DNA of 39,991 nucleotides from Batkoa obscura (Eukaryota): NCBI GenBank assembly GCA_030770535.1, contig JASVEC010000154.1, positions 1 to 39,991 of the forward strand, read 5' to 3'. Shown piece by piece: positions 33,997 to 39,991 of this stretch (position 1 is its first letter; each line of letters starts with the position of its first letter). The notes under the pieces were generated by a model. It saw only the letters and a program-made list of their open reading frames with translations, ran no database searches and was not told where the DNA came from. The position numbers and the translations under genes were made by a program.

Positions 33997-34278
33997 TTCT
34001 TTTTCTGTATACTTTTTTTTAGTAAAGTATGAGCTTTAGGTTGAGTTTACTATACTTTTGATCTTTTTGATCAAACTAGCCAATAAAATCAAAGTTGGCG
34101 ATGCTGAATTATTTTTATAATCAAAATAAAAAATGTCAATAGTTACATAAATATAGTATAGTAATAAAAATAATGAGTTTTTTATGTATAACGTGTAAAA
34201 TGATAAGCATATTCAAATACAATAATAAATCGTTTATGAAAACAAAATTAGTAATAATTATAAATAACTTTAATAAAA

Positions 34279-35313
34279 CTAATATCGGGCATTTGGCCTA
34301 TTTAAATATGCATTGAATGCACCAAGTGCAATAGTACCAATAACCGAAAATATCATCAGCATGTAAATTAGCTCTTTAGTATGGATGAAAGTAAATAAAT
34401 TATTAAACAACTGACTTATCAATTGGGCTATAATGGGAATCCTAAATTAACAATTATTTAAAATCTCAATTGATATATTTAAAATCTTACTTTTCAACAT
34501 AGTTGTCTTCATAAGCAATACACAATCTCCATCCATCACACATCTCAATTATACCTATAACTGGATTTTTACAATCGTTTGCCTCATATTCAGATATACA
34601 TTTTTCCCTTCTCGCTTGTTTCTCTAAAATTTAATCATCAATAAAAACGCGTACTTTAATTACTAATTGTTACCTAATAATTGGAGCTCTGAGTGATGTA
34701 CAACATCAGTATAAAATGATAAACAAAAAAAACAAACAAAAAAGGTAAGCATAGCAGCCACTAAAATTTTAACAAATAAGGTGAACTTAAATCGGTTAGT
34801 TTCACTCGATCCATTATTCTCTCTAACTTTAGAAAGTACTGTCTCATTAGTATATCTCATGACTTCAAGTTCTTTATCCTATACAATCGATCAACCATTT
34901 ATTATTGAGTAACAAAAATATTACATCCTCATCATTCCCAACTTCTTCGAACACATTAAATAAATATTGTGCCCTCAATCTTAAATTCGATGGATTACTC
35001 ACACCCATCTGCGCATTTTTATCATTCCCTTGAAATGGTTCTATTGCAAGCCTCATTTGGCTTTCAGGTATCTCTAAACCCTCTCCGTTTCCAATTCTAT
35101 TATTCTGAAACATCATGTTTTCAAACTCATTACAAAATCTTAACGGCTGGCTATTAAATCTAACTATTAAGTTCAATTAGCTATAAACGTCTAGATCTTA
35201 TGCTATTTTTTACTCTCTCCATTCTCCGATTGTAATCCATTGGCTACAAACCTTCCAACTTCTGGCTGAGGGCCTTCTTCCTTGAGAGTTGAGTTGAAAA
35301 AATACCTCAACAT
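34279..35313 (-). CDS. BRL1: Nuclear-envelope protein Brl1/Brr6 family (5 exons)
   Basis: Spliced product: TM (FTLFVKILVAAMLTFFVCFFCLSFYTDV), 4-Cys luminal domain CISEYEANDCKNPVIGIIEMCDGWRLC, amphipathic helix IAQLISQLFNNLF, second TM. BRL1 versus BRR6 cannot be resolved. Confidence 0.8.
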
Positions 35314-37098
35314 TACAGATAGAGCTGATCAAACCTTTGTGCTAAGTTTAAAGCTATAATTCTTTACATTTTGCGATTTTAATGAGATTGCCTGAATTAT
35401 TGCAAAATCTGCAATAGCAGATTTGACTTGATTCAGATAATGTTGGGAAATGTAGAACAAATGGTAAGTTGATTAGGAAACTGGATGGGAAAATGGGAAT
35501 TTGGCAACAAATGAAGTTTTAAAAATACTCTGTTTTTATTTATGCAATTTTGTCCCTGAAGAAATAATATTTGATGAAACAGAAAATATCTAGAATTTTC
35601 GTAGATTAAAATAACATCTAATAATTTATTTATTATTAGCTGTATAATATACAAATATCAAAATGATAGATTTGTTAAGAGAGGAAGCTCATGTATTCAA
35701 AACAACAAAACTAAAAAACAAAAGTCTACACTTATGGCCTTAAAAATATAAAAGTATTGACATAAATGATAATCTAGTTTAAAGAATATAGTCTAAACTT
35801 TACCATATCTATTTAAAAGTCATCCATCATAAAAGATTTTGAAACTGTCTCCTTAAACTTAGTAACATAAACAAGTTTATTATTCAATTATCTTTTGGCG
35901 GTGTTGGGTATCTAAGTTTTATTAATAAATATCCTTAGTGATTTAAATACTTTTTATCTTGTGTTTTAACAAAATAACCAACAGTTACATTCATTCAGCC
36001 TTATGTTATATACAATTCATACAATAAATTATATTAAGGTTATAATGAACCATTTAAGCTTATAATGAATATATTAAAGCTTATAATGAATATAAATTCT
36101 ATTAAAAAATAAGATAAAAATAGAATAAAGTAATGAAGCATTAATATGCAATTTATATAAACTTTTGATAACCAGAATTTTGTGTATCATTATAACAATG
36201 TTTTGTGGATATTAATTATTTTATCTAAATATATAAATAAAATGTTATATCTGAAACAAATGTTGTCGATTCCTATGTTATTGGATAAATTTTTTAATTA
36301 ATTTTAAGGCACCTCCACCCTTTGATCACGTTCAAGTTAATTAATTACTTGAAGAATTTTCCATAATCTAAACTTTATAAACTTAAATATAAAATAGTGT
36401 GATCAATATTAAGCTTTACCCTAAATAATTTCAAACTATTTAGTTTTTAAATTTTTCTACTATAGTTATTGTTAATACTTATCGCCGAGATGAGTCAACC
36501 ATGTAAACTCTACCTCACTATTTCCACTAATATTGTACTTACAACCTTTTTATCATTTTATTCTCTTATTAACCATAATGACAAGTTATGATACTATTAA
36601 ATCATTATGATTTATTTAGTAATTCAAGACCTCTTTTTATTATAAAGCACTAACTTGAATATTAATATATGATTTTAATTTCCAACTGATTGGACCCTGA
36701 AGAATTTTTAATTTTTATAATCTAAAATGGTCAAATGATCTTAATTCTATTCGCACTTCAAGGGCAATTTTCTCGAAATTTATAAGCGTTGTTCTACTAA
36801 AATGAGCATGAAGTAACGAAATCATAATACTTTCTAATTCTATTTTAATTTTGACAGTACAGAGATAGGTCAAAATTACTAAAAAGTCAACCTTTCCAAT
36901 TAATTTAAGAATATGCTTGAAATTGCAGCTCAAGAAGATTACTTGCCAAATACTACCAAGTTATCAGATATAAAAGCAATCAATTTTGAATCTTAAAATA
37001 AACTGTGATTTTTCCTTCTCCTAGCTAATATTTAAATCTTTTTTCTTATCAGCTTTTTTATTTTTTTTATCTGATACTCAACTTTTCTAACTTCCCAA

Positions 37099-39313
37099 AT
37101 GAAATTTCTAACACTACTATGGCTATCCTGGTGCTTTGTAACCTTATCTCAAAACACCAAAACAGAGGCCACAATACCACCTACTTTACTTGATGTAACT
37201 ATACCGAAAGTTGTTATGTATAACTTTAAATTCAGTATTCAACTGACTTTAAGTAATAAAAATGGTATGCATTTTTATTACTCAACCTTCTTGTTTACTA
37301 ACTTAACTTTTAGCAAATGGATATTCTAGTTTCGATTACAAAATTTTAGAAGGTTCTGAGCTTAGCTCAGCTAAGACTATAGCAACAGGCACTTTAGAGG
37401 CCGATGAAAAGAAAGCCCTTCCAGTCAAAGCCAGTATTAGTCAAGGAGAATATCTCAACGCATATACAATCGACGATTTAGGACTTGAAAGTAAAGTGTA
37501 CCAAAAGGTTTGGGTAGTATTATCCAAAGATAATGTTAACTTTGCTGAATATCATGGTTATACTCACAGTATGCCTGGATGGGTCACTTTGTTACCAATC
37601 ATAGTGATGTTGGGTGTTGCTTTATTTTCTTCTCAAGCTACCATCGCTCTTCTTTTAGGTATCTTTGCCTCAGCCACATTCATCAATGGTTTCAATCCAT
37701 TAGTGGGATTCTTAAGAACTTTTGATTACTATACCATCAATGCTTTAGCAAATCCAGACCATGCTAAAGTTATTATGTTTACTTTCTATTTGTCCTCAGC
37801 TGTAGCATTGATTCAAAAGTCTGGAGGTGCTGAAGCTTTAGCTAGCTCAGTCACTAGCTTTGCTACTACTAGATGGAGAGGCCAATGGGCAGCATTTATC
37901 ATTGGTATTATCATTTTTATTGATGATTTAACAAGTTGTATGGTAGTTGGTGCTAATATGACTGTAGTCACTGATCGCCTCTATTTAAGTCACGAAAAAT
38001 TAGCCTTTATTGTTCATGTTACTTCTGCTCCACTCACTTCATTATCTCCCATTTCATCTTGGATTGGTTTCACTTTAGGTTTAATTGCAACTCAATTTCA
38101 AGTTTTGAAGATTGATAAAGAACCTTTCCTTTTTTTCCTAAGTACCATCCCATCTCGTTTCTTCCCAATCCTTGCTATTGTTTTTTGTGCTCTTTGTATG
38201 ATTTTACGTAGAGATTTTGGTATTATGTTAGATGCTGAGCGCAGAGCCTACTTCAACAAAGTAGTTGTAGAATCTGATTCTTTGATTATCGATGAAGTTG
38301 TTGATGATCCTTTACTTCCACCAAAGAATGCACCAAAGAGATTAATTAACTCTGTTCTTCCAATTTTAACTGTTGTCATTTTAACCATTACTGGCATTAT
38401 GATAACTGGCTACTATAACTTAATGGACAAAGTTGACCAAGGTGCAGAAGGAGTTACATTTGATTCTGCTTCTATTGCAGGTGCTGGTGATTCTTATGGT
38501 GCTTTACTTTATGCATCCTTCTTTACTGTGATTGAATGTTTAATCATGTATAGAATCCAAAATATTATGAGCTTTCAATTGGGAATAGCAACTGTAATGT
38601 ATGGTGTAAAAGATATGGTAGAAACTATGTTAATTTTAGTATTTGCTTGGGGTGTAGGTTCCTGTTTTGAAGATATGGGTGTACCAACCTTTATCGTATC
38701 CGCTTTGTCTGGATCTATCAATCCAGGTTTAATACCATTTTTATGCTGTATATTATCTGCACTCATGTCCTTTACCACTGGTACTTCATGGGGTACTATG
38801 ACTATTATGCTTCCTTTAGCTATGCCATTAGCCCATGCTGCTTCCACTGATGAAAATTTGATGATTTATACTGTATCTGCTGTACTTTCTGGTGGTATCT
38901 TTGGTGATCTTTGTTCCCCAATTGCCGCTACTACTATTCTTACCTGTACTACAGTTAAAATCCCAGTAAGATCCCATGTTAACTCTCAACTTCCTTATGC
39001 TGCTGTAGCACTCATTGTCAGTTTATTTTTGGGCTATTTACCTGTAGGCTTTGGTGCATACCCAGATTGGGCTGGACTTTTAATTTGTATTGGTGCTTTA
39101 GTGGTTATATTGTTTGTACTAGGAGTACCCACTGAATCTACTTGCTTATCTCGTTGGGAATTTGTGTGCTGGAAGTTATTTAAAAGAGCACCTACCAGCG
39201 ATTATGGAACTGGATCCGCTAGCTCGGTCCCTTATCCAGGTAAAAGAGAAGGCGAAGATTCTTTGGAAAAAGGAGTGAATCAAGATGAATTCGTCAATAA
39301 TAACCTTTCTTAA
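37099..39313 (+). CDS. nhaC: NhaC-family (ion transporter superfamily) Na+/H+ antiporter-like protein with signal peptide (intron 37265-37313)
   Basis: The intron joins the 37099 signal-peptide exon in frame to the 605-aa ORF. Motifs include SGGAEA, IFIDD, SHEKLAFIV, PISSW, RRDFGIM, ILVFAW, SFTTGTSWGT, GIFGDLCSPI and HVNSQLPYA. Confidence 0.88.
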
Positions 39314-39802
39314 ATTAACTAACCTTTACTAAACTTGACTATATTTAAGCTCTTTCTGAACAACCAAAATATACAAGATGTAGCCTATTCCATTTAATGG
39401 TGTAAAAGTTTTTTTGAATTAATAAAAAAACATTTTTAATATTATATTTTACTATTTTCTCATAATACTATAAATGACAAATTGTTTTTTTAACTATAGA
39501 AAAATCCAACATTAACTAATACGGTTGTGGCTCATAGGAGTGATACGTGGTAGCTTTAATTATTGGCATAATCTATACTATAAAACTACTCATACCAATT
39601 CATTATTAATGTATCTTCTTAAGCTTTAAGTATAATGTTAAAAATACACCGCTATGAAAAAGAAATCAAGGCATGATATAATGATTAAATCTTAATTTTT
39701 GCCAGGTATTAAAAAAGGAGAAATAAAAAATTTAAAGAAGATTTAAATCAGAATAAAGTTTGTATCATAAATAATATATTAAAAGCATATTACAATTACA
39801 TA

Positions 39803-39906
39803 ATATGGTGATATTTTTTGATTTCATCACTTTTTCCATTTTTAAGCGTTATTTAAGTGGGAAGATTGTTAGTAAAATTCTCAAACAAAAAAATACATCC
39901 TCATAT
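39803..39906 (+). mobile_element. MITE-like family A, copy 8
   Basis: ATATGGTGATATTTTTTGATTTCATCACTTTTTCCATTTTTAAGCGTTATTTAAGTGGGAAG...CAAAAAAATACATCCTCATAT. Confidence 0.8.
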
Positions 39907-39991
39907 AATGCTTTTAAAAATTCATTTAAATTTTTCATAGTTTATTTATTTATTACTCTATTAAATGTCTAATGGGTTTTTATTTAATTTT

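Noticed and set aside
36030..36094. ~20-bp minisatellite (AAGCTTATAATGAA-like x3)
   Set aside because: Short low-complexity repeat with no further evidence of function.

Overview
Very AT-rich eukaryotic DNA with many ~42-80 nt GT-AG introns. The gene content (white-collar-2, Brl1/Brr6, Msl5/BBP with zinc knuckles, animal-like LAMTOR4, cAMP-receptor-like GPCR) points to an early-diverging fungus. Zoopagomycota/Entomophthoromycotina is my inference and is not proven. I reconstructed 15 protein genes and 1 pseudogene, including TRS20 and LAMTOR4, which are absent from the ORF track, and BRL1/BRR6 and SAM50, which it shows only as fragments. Two small repeat families stand out: a ~100-107 bp TIR element (8 near-complete copies plus fragments) and three ~440-460 bp TGT...ACA elements with 4-bp target-site duplications. 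The most notable candidate is a secreted precursor (signal peptide, acidic propeptide ending in ...ER, then a 28-aa peptide with 12 Arg and a C-C-CC-C-C knottin-type framework) that resembles a venom-toxin or antimicrobial-peptide precursor. Also notable are an intronless multicopper oxidase with Lys at the T1 axial position, a prokaryote-type NhaC transporter with altered acidic motifs, and an 8-Cys secreted protein next to its decayed paralog. All protein identifications rest on motif recognition from memory; no database searches were run.
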